A DNA stretch of 50,137 nt. Source: Patescibacteria group bacterium (lineage in GTDB: Bacteria > Patescibacteriota > Minisyncoccia > Minisyncoccales > GCA-002788555). The notes below the pieces were generated by a model that saw nothing but the letters and a program-made list of their open reading frames with translations, was not told the origin of the DNA and made no database searches. The number at the start of each line of letters is the position of its first letter. Position 1 is the stretch's first letter. Positions 11,364 to 20,107 of the stretch are shown piece by piece. Location of the stretch: contig JAZDJT010000006.1 in NCBI GenBank assembly GCA_043803845.1, positions 1 through 50,137 of the forward strand, given 5' to 3'. The position numbers and the translations under genes are program-made.

Positions 11364-14300
11364 ATGCCAAAAGTTGAGGAATTTGAAACAATCAAGATTC
11401 GTCTAGCCTCTTCCGAAGAGATTCTCTCTTGGTCGTGGGCAGAAAAGAATCTTGGAAGGGGCAGCGGCGAAGTCCATAAACCAGAGACTATTAACTACCG
11501 GACCCAGAGGCCCGAAAAGGACGGGCTTTTCGATGAGAGGATTTTTGGACCGACTCGCGATTACGAGTGCTACTGCGGAAAATACAGAAGAATAAGATAT
11601 AAGGGAGTAATTTGTGACAAGTGCGGGGTTGAAGTAACAAAATCTTCTGTTCGAAGAGAGAGAATGGGTTATATAAAATTGGCAGCTCCAGTCGTACACA
11701 TCTGGTTTTTGCGCGGTGTTCCTTCCAGAGTCGGGCTTTTACTTGGAAAATCAATGCAACAGATAGAAAGAGTTGTCTATTTTATGGCTTATATCATTAC
11801 TCAGGTGGACGAGGAAGCCAAGAAGAAAATATTGTCGGAGATAAAAGGAGAGTTCAAAAAAAAGCAAGGTAAAGAGAGGGATGAGTCAAAAGATGAATTC
11901 AAAACAATGAAAGAAGAAATCGGACTTTTAAAAAGAGGAAACGTTCTCTCCGAGACCGAATACCAAAAGTTTTCTTTAAGATACGGGGAGTGTTTTAAAG
12001 CGGGGACGGGAGCTGAGGCCTTAAAGAGATTGTTGCAAGAGATAGATCTTTTTAAGATGGAGAGAGAATTAAGGATTGAATATAAAGAAGCAACTGTTAA
12101 AAAAGCTGTTCTACAGAGGTTAAGACTGGTGGAAGCTTTAATAAAGTCAGGGGTAAGACCAGATTGGATGTGTTTAACATATTTGCCCGTCATGCCGCCG
12201 GATTTGAGACCGATGGTTCAGTTGGACGGCGGAAGGTACGCCTCCTCCGATCTTAACGATTTATACAGAAGAGTCATTAACAGAAACAACAGATTGAAAT
12301 ATTTAAAAGAGATTGGCGCACCGGAGGTTATAACCAGGAACGAGAAGAGGATGCTCCAAGAAGCTGTTGATGCCCTTATCGACAACTCCAAGAGAAAAAC
12401 TAAAGTAGTCCAAGCCTCAACAGGTGGCGCAAGGCAGCTAAAGAGCCTTACCGATATTTTGAAAGGTAAACAAGGTAGATTTAGACAAAACCTACTTGGT
12501 AAAAGAGTAGATTATTCAGGAAGGTCGGTTATTGTCATAGGACCAGAATTGAAATTTGACGAAGTCGGCTTTCCTAAAAAAATGGCTCTGGAGATATTTA
12601 AGCCTTTTGTCATCAACAGAATTCTCGAAAACAAACTCGCCCATAATGTGAGGTCTGCCGGAGTCTTAATTTCCGAAGGCCGAGAAGAAGTGTGGAAGAT
12701 TCTTGAAGAGGTTACCAAAGGTAAATACATTCTCTTGAATAGGGCTCCGACCCTTCACCGACTCTCAATTCAAGCCTTCAGGCCAATTCTCATTGAGGGC
12801 GAGGCAATCCAAATACATCCTTTAGTTTGCCCTGCTTTTAACGCGGACTTTGACGGAGACCAAATGGCTATACACTTACCCCTTTCTCAAAAAGCCCAAG
12901 AAGAGGCAAAGAACCTAATGGTGTCAACGAGAGGAGTCTTAAAGCCAGCAACGGGCCTGCCTATTGCCATCCCCAGACAAGAGATGGTTTTGGGTTGTTA
13001 TTTTTTGACCAATATAAGGCTCGGCGTAAAAGGCGAGGGTAAGATTTTCTCTTCTCCTGAACAGTCCAAGATGGCCAATGAGTTTGAAAAGGTTGATATT
13101 CAGGCCAAGGTAAAAGTTAGAATGGGAAATGAGATCGTCGAAACCTCTGTCGGCAGAATAATTTTCAACGAAATATTGCCTGAAGACTTTCCTTACCAGA
13201 ACGAAGCTCAGAATTCCAAAAAGATTCAAAAACTCATTTCTAATCTTATCGATAAATACGGCGAGGAAAAGATAATTCCCATCCTTGACAAGATAAAGGA
13301 CCTCGGTTTCAGATACGCTACTTTTTCCGCCAATACATGGGGTATGAACGATCTGAACGTTCCTCGCGAGAAAGAAAAATTAATCAAAGAAGCAGAGAAG
13401 AAAGAGGAGGAAGTCAGGAGACAATACCTTCAAGGGTTTTTATCCGATGAAGAGAGGAGAAATGAGATTATCGAGATCTGGCAAGGGGTAAAAGACACTA
13501 TTTCTAAATTAGTGCCCGGTAATCTTCCTAAATTTGGTTCTGTTTTTTCAATTATAGATTCCGGCTCTCGGGGTTCCTGGTCTCAACCAGCCCAGATGGC
13601 TGGGATGAAGGGTTTGGTAGCCAGTCCATCGGGAGAGATTATCGAACTGCCGGTAAAAAATAGTTACAAAGAAGGGCTAACGACTCTTGAATATTTCATT
13701 TCCACCCATGGCGCCAGAAAAGGAACAGCCGATACCGCTCTGAGAACGTCAAGCGCCGGCTACCTGACGAGAAGATTAGTAGATGTCGCGCATGAATTGA
13801 TAATAAAGGAAGAGGATTGCCAAGACAAAAAAGGTTTTGTCATCTTAAAATCCGACGCCGAAGAAATTGACCAGGATTTCTCCCAAAAAATAATGGGTAG
13901 GGTTGTATTGGAGGATGTTAAAATAGACAATAAGACTATTTTAAAGAAGGGAGAGGTCATAGACAAAAAAACGGCGCAGCTAATCGAAGACTCAAAAATA
14001 AATAAGATTAGGGTAAGGTCGCCCTTAAGTTGCAAGTCGAGCACCGGCGTTTGTCAATCTTGCTATGGTTACGATCTTAACACGCACAGTTTAGTTGCTT
14101 TGGGCACTCCGGTCGGCGTAATCGCCGCCCAATCAATTGGAGAACCTGGCACGCAGTTGACCATGAGAACATTTCACACTGGAGGAGTTGCGGGATTGGG
14201 AGACATCACTTTGGGTCTGCCGCGAGTCGAAGAGCTATTTGAGGTAAGACCACCAAAAGGTGAAGCGGTTATTTTTGAAGAGAAAGGGAAGGTGGAAAAA

Positions 14301-14903
14301 ATCGTTGAGGAAAAAGACGGTATTGTCATAAGGATAAAGGCAGAAAAAGGTCCTGCTAAGGAATACGAAGTGCCGGTAAAAACCGGTATCTTGGTGAAAA
14401 CAGGGGATACGATTTTCCCAGGGGAACCGATATTTGAAGGAAGAATAGATATCAAAAAACTTTTCAAGGTGGCGGGGAAGGAAGAAACTCAAAAATACAT
14501 ATTAAAAGAGATACAAAAGATTTACACCGGAGAGGGGGTAGTCATACACGATAAACACATTGAGATTATCCTTCATCAGATTTTTTCACGCGTTAAAATA
14601 ACAAAGTCTGGCGATTCTGTTTTTTCTCCGGGTCAGATCTTATCTCAGTCAAAGTTCTTTGAAGAAAATGCGAAGCTAAGGAAAAAGGGTAAGAAAGAAG
14701 CTAAGGCAAGGCATATGTTGCTGGGCTTGACAAAGATAGCTCTCTCTACCGATAGCTTTCTCTCTGCTGCTTCTTTCCAAGAGACTTCCCGGGTTCTGAT
14801 AAAGGCGGCTCTTGAAGGTCAGGAAGACAAATTGACTGGTCTGAAGGAGAACGTAATTATCGGTAAGCTTATACCAGTTGGAACAGGCTTTCAAAAAAAA
14901 TAA
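11364..14903 (+). CDS. rpoC: DNA-directed RNA polymerase beta' subunit
   Basis: Has the zinc motif CYCGKY...CDKCGVEV, the catalytic NADFDGDQMAIH, and the trigger-loop/bridge regions. It follows rpoB directly. Confidence 0.97.
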   Translation: MPKVEEFETIKIRLASSEEILSWSWAEKNLGRGSGEVHKPETINYRTQRPEKDGLFDERIFGPTRDYECYCGKYRRIRYKGVICDKCGVEVTKSSVRRERMGYIKLAAPVVHIWFLRGVPSRVGLLLGKSMQQIERVVYFMAYIITQVDEEAKKKILSEIKGEFKKKQGKERDESKDEFKTMKEEIGLLKRGNVLSETEYQKFSLRYGECFKAGTGAEALKRLLQEIDLFKMERELRIEYKEATVKKAVLQRLRLVEALIKSGVRPDWMCLTYLPVMPPDLRPMVQLDGGRYASSDLNDLYRRVINRNNRLKYLKEIGAPEVITRNEKRMLQEAVDALIDNSKRKTKVVQASTGGARQLKSLTDILKGKQGRFRQNLLGKRVDYSGRSVIVIGPELKFDEVGFPKKMALEIFKPFVINRILENKLAHNVRSAGVLISEGREEVWKILEEVTKGKYILLNRAPTLHRLSIQAFRPILIEGEAIQIHPLVCPAFNADFDGDQMAIHLPLSQKAQEEAKNLMVSTRGVLKPATGLPIAIPRQEMVLGCYFLTNIRLGVKGEGKIFSSPEQSKMANEFEKVDIQAKVKVRMGNEIVETSVGRIIFNEILPEDFPYQNEAQNSKKIQKLISNLIDKYGEEKIIPILDKIKDLGFRYATFSANTWGMNDLNVPREKEKLIKEAEKKEEEVRRQYLQGFLSDEERRNEIIEIWQGVKDTISKLVPGNLPKFGSVFSIIDSGSRGSWSQPAQMAGMKGLVASPSGEIIELPVKNSYKEGLTTLEYFISTHGARKGTADTALRTSSAGYLTRRLVDVAHELIIKEEDCQDKKGFVILKSDAEEIDQDFSQKIMGRVVLEDVKIDNKTILKKGEVIDKKTAQLIEDSKINKIRVRSPLSCKSSTGVCQSCYGYDLNTHSLVALGTPVGVIAAQSIGEPGTQLTMRTFHTGGVAGLGDITLGLPRVEELFEVRPPKGEAVIFEEKGKVEKIVEEKDGIVIRIKAEKGPAKEYEVPVKTGILVKTGDTIFPGEPIFEGRIDIKKLFKVAGKEETQKYILKEIQKIYTGEGVVIHDKHIEIILHQIFSRVKITKSGDSVFSPGQILSQSKFFEENAKLRKKGKKEAKARHMLLGLTKIALSTDSFLSAASFQETSRVLIKAALEGQEDKLTGLKENVIIGKLIPVGTGFQKK

Positions 14904-14971
14904 CAAATATCCTACTGCGTCCTGAAGACAAGCCAAAAAGAGAAAGTTTGGTTCTTTTTCCGTTCACTTTA

Positions 14972-15035
14972 TTGACGATTACCTTATCCCGTTCTTTGGC
15001 ACGAGGTATAAGGTAATAACAATAGAAGGCGTCAA
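14972..15035 (+). other. Nested three-tier hairpin in the rpoC-ftsK spacer
   Basis: TTGACG/CGTCAA (14972-77 with 15030-35) encloses TACCTTAT/ATAAGGTA (14980-87 with 15008-15). That in turn encloses CCCGT..ACG(A)GG. Confidence 0.4.
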
Positions 15036-15142
15036 CGAAGATTTAACTCCCTTGGTCTTTGGTCGGATGGGATTGAAAAGCCTCGCCCAAACGTTATTTT
15101 ACTTATCTCTCAAATTTAGATAGAATATTTAAGATAGATTTT

Positions 15143-17284
15143 ATGGTAAAGAATAATAAGAGAAACAAGAAAAGAGGGATTAAAGTGCCCTCTCTACACC
15201 TCTCCGAAGACACTCAAAAGAGTATATGGGGGGTAGTCCTTATTTTTATTGCTATTTTTTTTACTCTTTCCTTGCTTAATCTTGCGGGCAAGATGGGAGA
15301 GGGTACCGCCAAGGTATTGGAACTTTTTTTTGGTAGGGGAGCCTGGATAATCGTTTCTTTGTTCTTTTTGGGCGGTGTAGTTTTTTTGACGTCCGACCGT
15401 CCTTCTCCCTATCTTTCCACCACCATAGGAGGCGTTTTGTTTTTGATTGCTATTTTTTCTATTCTCGAATTGTCTCGGGATAACCTCGGCGGTTATTTTG
15501 GTAAAATTCTTATCTCCTTACCCAAGACCCTAATAGGAATCTGGGGTAGTTGGGTTTTCTTCATTTTTCTTTTTCTGATTTCTTTTGCGTTGTTTTTTAA
15601 TACACCGATTATAAGAATAAGAAAGAGAAAAGCTCCTGATGAAAAAAAATATGATGAAAAAATGAAAATGAGAGAAGGAGAAGGGGTGGAGTTTAAAGTT
15701 AAAGAGATATCTCCAGTCAGGGAGGTAAAAGAAAAAATAAAGATGCCATTCCCCAAGATTGTTAGGAAGATAGATAAGACTATTCAATATAAATCTCTCC
15801 CACTAGCGCTTCTAGATTCTGAGGAAAATCACGCTGTCGCTGGCAATTTGAGGATTAACGCCCAGATTATAAAAAAGATGTTAAAGACGTTTGGCATCGA
15901 AGTTGAGATGGGCGAAATTAACATTGGTCCCACCGTTACTCAATACACTTTAAAACCCGCAGAGGGCGTTAAACTTTCTAAGATATTATCTCTGCAGAAA
16001 GATTTGTCTCTGGCTCTGGCAGCTAACCCTATTCGTATAGAGGCTCCTATTCCTGGAAGGTCTTTGGTAGGGGTAGAAGTTCCTAATCAAAAAAGAGCCG
16101 AGGTCAAATTAAAAAGTCTTCTATCTTCAAAAGATTTTCTCTCTTCTGCGCCTCTGTCATTTCCTTTAGGGAAGGACGTGAAGGGCAACCCCTGTTTTGC
16201 TAATCTCGGCTCGATGCCGCATCTTCTCGTAGCTGGAGCCACGGGGACAGGTAAGACCGTTTTTTTAAACACCTTGATTTTGTCACTCCTGTGGAGAAAC
16301 TCACCTCAAGACTTAAGGATAATCTTAGTAGATCCTAAAAGAGTAGAATTCACTCTCTATTCCTTAATACCCCACTTGCTTTGTCCTCCGGTAACAAAGC
16401 ACGGTAAAATAATTCCGGTTTTGAAATGGTTAGTAGAAGAAATGGAGGGAAGATTTGAAATTCTTCATCAGGCCGGTGTTAAAGATATCGAATTTTATAA
16501 TCAGGAATTAAAAGAAAATTCTAAGAAAGAACAAAAAGAAGAAAACTCAGAAGGAGGGGAGGAATCAAAACACCTGCCCTACATAGTTTTTGTCGTCGAT
16601 GAATTAGCCGCTATCATGATGGCTTCCAAAAGTAAAGAGTTTGAGGCCGGTATCGTAAGATTGGCTCAAATGTCAAGGGCCGTCGGAATTCACTTGGTGC
16701 TGGCCACTCAGAGGCCGTCAGTGGAAGTTTTAACCGGTCTAATCAAGGCCAACATTACATCGAGAATTGCCTTCCAAGTAGCTTCACAGATAGACTCAAG
16801 AACGATATTAGACATGGCCGGAGCCGACCATCTTCTCGGCAGGGGAGACATGCTCTTTCTGTCAGCCGAATCGGCAAGACCTCGCCGTTTTCAGTCAGCT
16901 TTGGTTCTACCCAGGGAAGCAAAAAAAGTTATCGAATATATTCAGAAAACCGAGAAAAAAACAGAAACAGAGGTTGACGAGGAGGAAAGTTTACAAAGTT
17001 CTTTGGAAGAGTCTAGCGAGACTGAAGGGACCGAACATTTAGATTTTAGCGAGGGAGACGAAGAATTGTGCGAGGAGGCAAAAAACGTAGTGATAAGAGC
17101 CAGAAAAGCCTCGGCCTCTCTCTTGCAGAGGAGACTGAAGATCGGTTATGCCAGAGCTGCCCGAATTTTAGACATTTTAGAGCAAAAAGGCGTCATCGGT
17201 CCCGCAAGAGGTTCCAAGCCTCGCGATGTGTATATATCAAACGAAGAAAATGGCAATAATGACCAAGGATTAAATAACATATGA
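15143..17284 (+). CDS. ftsK: DNA translocase FtsK/SpoIIIE
   Basis: Has N-terminal TM segments, Walker A GATGTGKT, Walker B VVDELA, and the C-terminal gamma winged helix LLQRRLKIGYARAARILDILEQKGVIG. Confidence 0.9.
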   Translation: MVKNNKRNKKRGIKVPSLHLSEDTQKSIWGVVLIFIAIFFTLSLLNLAGKMGEGTAKVLELFFGRGAWIIVSLFFLGGVVFLTSDRPSPYLSTTIGGVLFLIAIFSILELSRDNLGGYFGKILISLPKTLIGIWGSWVFFIFLFLISFALFFNTPIIRIRKRKAPDEKKYDEKMKMREGEGVEFKVKEISPVREVKEKIKMPFPKIVRKIDKTIQYKSLPLALLDSEENHAVAGNLRINAQIIKKMLKTFGIEVEMGEINIGPTVTQYTLKPAEGVKLSKILSLQKDLSLALAANPIRIEAPIPGRSLVGVEVPNQKRAEVKLKSLLSSKDFLSSAPLSFPLGKDVKGNPCFANLGSMPHLLVAGATGTGKTVFLNTLILSLLWRNSPQDLRIILVDPKRVEFTLYSLIPHLLCPPVTKHGKIIPVLKWLVEEMEGRFEILHQAGVKDIEFYNQELKENSKKEQKEENSEGGEESKHLPYIVFVVDELAAIMMASKSKEFEAGIVRLAQMSRAVGIHLVLATQRPSVEVLTGLIKANITSRIAFQVASQIDSRTILDMAGADHLLGRGDMLFLSAESARPRRFQSALVLPREAKKVIEYIQKTEKKTETEVDEEESLQSSLEESSETEGTEHLDFSEGDEELCEEAKNVVIRARKASASLLQRRLKIGYARAARILDILEQKGVIGPARGSKPRDVYISNEENGNNDQGLNNI

Positions 17285-18534
17285 GAAAAAATTACGCCAT
17301 AAAGTCAATTCGGGGAAGAGAGATTCTAGATTCTAAGGGAAATCCAACTCTCAAAGTTTACCTGGAGACCGAGGATAACGAATCGAGCTTTTCCGTTCCC
17401 GCTGGCGTATCCGAAGGCAAATACGAGGCTTTGGATATCAGAGATAATGACAAAAATAGATATTTCGGGAAGGGCGTAAGGAGGGCGGTAGAGAAAATAA
17501 ATCGGATTATCGCGCCGAAATTAAAAGGTGAGGACGTAACGAAACAAGAAAAGATAGATAGACTCTTGATAAAGTTGGACGGAACCAATCAGAAATCTAA
17601 TCTCGGGGGGAATACTATTCTGGGAGTCAGTGTAGCTTCTCTAAAAGCGGCGGCGGAGGTTAAAAAAATACCTTTATGGAATATCGTCAGCAGGATTTTT
17701 TTTAAGGATAAGAAAAAAATCAGCAGGTTGCCCCTCCCGTCGGTTTTACTAATAGAGGGAGCGTTGCACGGTGGAAACGATCTCCAGTTTCAGGAGTTTA
17801 TGATAATTCCCCAGCTCAAAGAAATCGAAGAGAATATAAGATCAGCCGCTGAAATTTACCACACGCTAAAAACAATTCTTAAGGAAAAATACGGCGCAAC
17901 GGCGACTAATGTCGGTCTTGAAGGAGGATTTGCTCCGCCGCTGAATAAAGCCGAGAAAGCCTTAGATGTAATAATGGCGGCTATAAAAAAGTCTAATTAT
18001 CTTTCAGAGGTTAAGATAGCCATCGATGTCGCCGCCTCAACGTTTTTTCAGAAGAATTCTTATAAGTTTGAAAACAAGTTTTTTACCGGTTCCGGTCTTT
18101 TGAATTATTATTCAGAAATATCTAAAAACTATCCCGTTGCTTCCATAGAGGATCCTTACTTTGAAGAGGATTGGGAGAACTTTAAATTAATTACCCAAAA
18201 GCTAAAAAACAAAGTTACTATTTTTGGCGATGACCTTTTAGCAACCAACCCCGAGAGAATAAAAAGAGCGGCAAAATTGAATGCTTGCAACGGTCTAATC
18301 CTCAAGCCCGACCAGATAGGAACCGTTACTGAAGCAATTGAAGCGGCAAGACTTGCCAGACAAAATAAATGGAAAATTATGGTCTCTCACCGAGGAGGCG
18401 ATACGTGTGATTCTTTTATCGCTGACTTCGCCGTAGGAATCGAAGCGGATTTTACTAAGTTCGGTGCTCCCAGCCGAGGAGAAAGAGTGGCACGGTACAA
18501 TAGATTATTAGAGATAGTAGAGGAATTATCTTGA
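17281..18534 (+). CDS. eno: Enolase (phosphopyruvate hydratase)
   Basis: 417 aa with IRGREILDSKGNPTLKV, the SVPAGVSEGKYEA loop, and LKPDQIGTVTEAIEA. Confidence 0.94.
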   Translation: MRKNYAIKSIRGREILDSKGNPTLKVYLETEDNESSFSVPAGVSEGKYEALDIRDNDKNRYFGKGVRRAVEKINRIIAPKLKGEDVTKQEKIDRLLIKLDGTNQKSNLGGNTILGVSVASLKAAAEVKKIPLWNIVSRIFFKDKKKISRLPLPSVLLIEGALHGGNDLQFQEFMIIPQLKEIEENIRSAAEIYHTLKTILKEKYGATATNVGLEGGFAPPLNKAEKALDVIMAAIKKSNYLSEVKIAIDVAASTFFQKNSYKFENKFFTGSGLLNYYSEISKNYPVASIEDPYFEEDWENFKLITQKLKNKVTIFGDDLLATNPERIKRAAKLNACNGLILKPDQIGTVTEAIEAARLARQNKWKIMVSHRGGDTCDSFIADFAVGIEADFTKFGAPSRGERVARYNRLLEIVEELS

Positions 18535-18538
18535 AAAT

Positions 18539-18769
18539 ATGCTGACTCCCTATCTTTGGCCAATATTCTGTTATCTTATCGCTTCTGTGCCTAATGGTTA
18601 TCTTATTACTAAGTTGTTAACCGGAAAAGACATAAAGAAGATTAGTGGAAAGAAACTGAGCGGTTCTAATGTCATTCAGAATACTGGTTTTTTTCCTGGC
18701 GCGATCTCGGAAGGTTTAAACATTTGCTCTCTCTGCGTTTTTGTTAATAATACAAAGGATTCTTGGTAG
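18539..18769 (+). pseudogene. Truncated PlsY-like (glycerol-3-phosphate acyltransferase) N-terminal remnant
   Basis: Of the 76-aa ORF, the first ~55 aa (YLIASVPNGYLITKLLTGKDIKKISGKKLSGSNVIQNTG) align by eye to the PlsY N-terminus and motif 1 (GSIP..Y..K...G.DIR..GSGNxGATN). The frame then stops, and I found no continuation in the other frames. Confidence 0.5.
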
Positions 18770-18877
18770 TCTTGGCAGTTTGGGTCGCCTCAAGGACAAA
18801 AAAATAATCTTGTGGAGACTGTCCCTGGATAGGGACACGAAGTAATTTTAGGATAACTAATAACGAAGAAGATTAAT

Positions 18878-19633
18878 ATGAGTAAAAAAAACATCATTAT
18901 CGCCAACTGGAAGTGCAACCCCTCAAAAGAGAAAGATGCTCTCTTGTTGGCAAAATCAATAGTTAGAGGCGTGAGTGGAAGTAAGAATGTTGAAATCGTA
19001 ATTTCCCCGCCATTTATTTATTTGCCAATCCTAAAGAAAACAAACCTTAAGTTAGCCGCCCAAGATTGTTTCTGGCAAGGTTCTGGCCCTTTTACTGGAG
19101 AGATTTCTCCCCTGATGTTGAAGAATCTAAACGTTGAATATGTAATTTTGGGTCACAGCGAAAGGAGAAAATATTTTAACGAGACGGATGAAATTATAGC
19201 GAAAAAGACAGAGGCTGCACTTATAAATAAGCTGTCCCCCATACTTTGTGTTGGAGAAACTATAGCAGAGAGAGAGAAGAAAAAGACTAAGGAGATTTTA
19301 ACTAATCAGCTGAGAAAAATTCTCCTCTTGATTAATAAAAGTAAATTTAATGTTGATAATTTTGTCATCGCTTATGAACCGAGATGGGCCATAGGTAGCG
19401 GAAATTCCTGCGATCCCTCTTTGGCAAAAGACATTCTGGTTTTCCTGAAAGATAAATTAGCAAGAAATCTAAAGGGGAAAATAATCAGAAATATTAGAAT
19501 TATCTATGGCGGTAGCACCGATTCACAGAACGCCGAGAAATATCTTACTGTCGGTTTTAAAGGGTTTCTTGTCGGTGGATCCTCCCTCAAGGCCCAAGAA
19601 TTTATTAAGATAATGAAATCTTGTGATTCTTAA
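18878..19633 (+). CDS. tpiA: Triosephosphate isomerase
   Basis: 251 aa with IIANWKCN, VILGHSERR, AYEPRWAIGSG and YGGS motifs. Confidence 0.92.
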   Translation: MSKKNIIIANWKCNPSKEKDALLLAKSIVRGVSGSKNVEIVISPPFIYLPILKKTNLKLAAQDCFWQGSGPFTGEISPLMLKNLNVEYVILGHSERRKYFNETDEIIAKKTEAALINKLSPILCVGETIAEREKKKTKEILTNQLRKILLLINKSKFNVDNFVIAYEPRWAIGSGNSCDPSLAKDILVFLKDKLARNLKGKIIRNIRIIYGGSTDSQNAEKYLTVGFKGFLVGGSSLKAQEFIKIMKSCDS

Positions 19634-19672
19634 AGGTCGTAAATTTTGTTTTTTTGACAAAAATACAAAGAC

Positions 19673-20032
19673 ATGAGTAATGTTTTCGAGAACAAAAAAG
19701 AAATAAAGATTGAGGTGACTCCAGCCGGCCGCTTGGCATTTCTGGCTGGCCTAATCGTCGCTATAGTCTCAGCTTTTTTCGAAATACCCCATTTATCAAT
19801 AGTACTCTTTTTGTTGGGACTGTTAGTGGGTGCCATTAATGTCAGGGAAGGAGAGACAACCTCTTTTTTAACCGCCGTGATAGCTCTGGTAATTGTCGGA
19901 ATGGCTGGTATCCAATTCGGTACCCTGACGCAGATGATTCAAATTATATTTGAGAATTTTACCGCCTTCACTTCGGCGGCGGCCTTGATTGTCGCCTTGA
20001 GGGAGATTTTCTCTGCCGCGAAACCTCGCTAA
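19673..20032 (+). CDS. Hypothetical small integral membrane protein
   Basis: 119-aa ORF with about 3 hydrophobic helices. No family recognised. Confidence 0.5.
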   Translation: MSNVFENKKEIKIEVTPAGRLAFLAGLIVAIVSAFFEIPHLSIVLFLLGLLVGAINVREGETTSFLTAVIALVIVGMAGIQFGTLTQMIQIIFENFTAFTSAAALIVALREIFSAAKPR

Positions 20033-20107
20033 AATATTTTTGATTTCAAAAAAAAGAACTCTGTTTTTAAAAGGGTATTTTGAGATATTTGCAAAAATTG
20101 CGACCTT

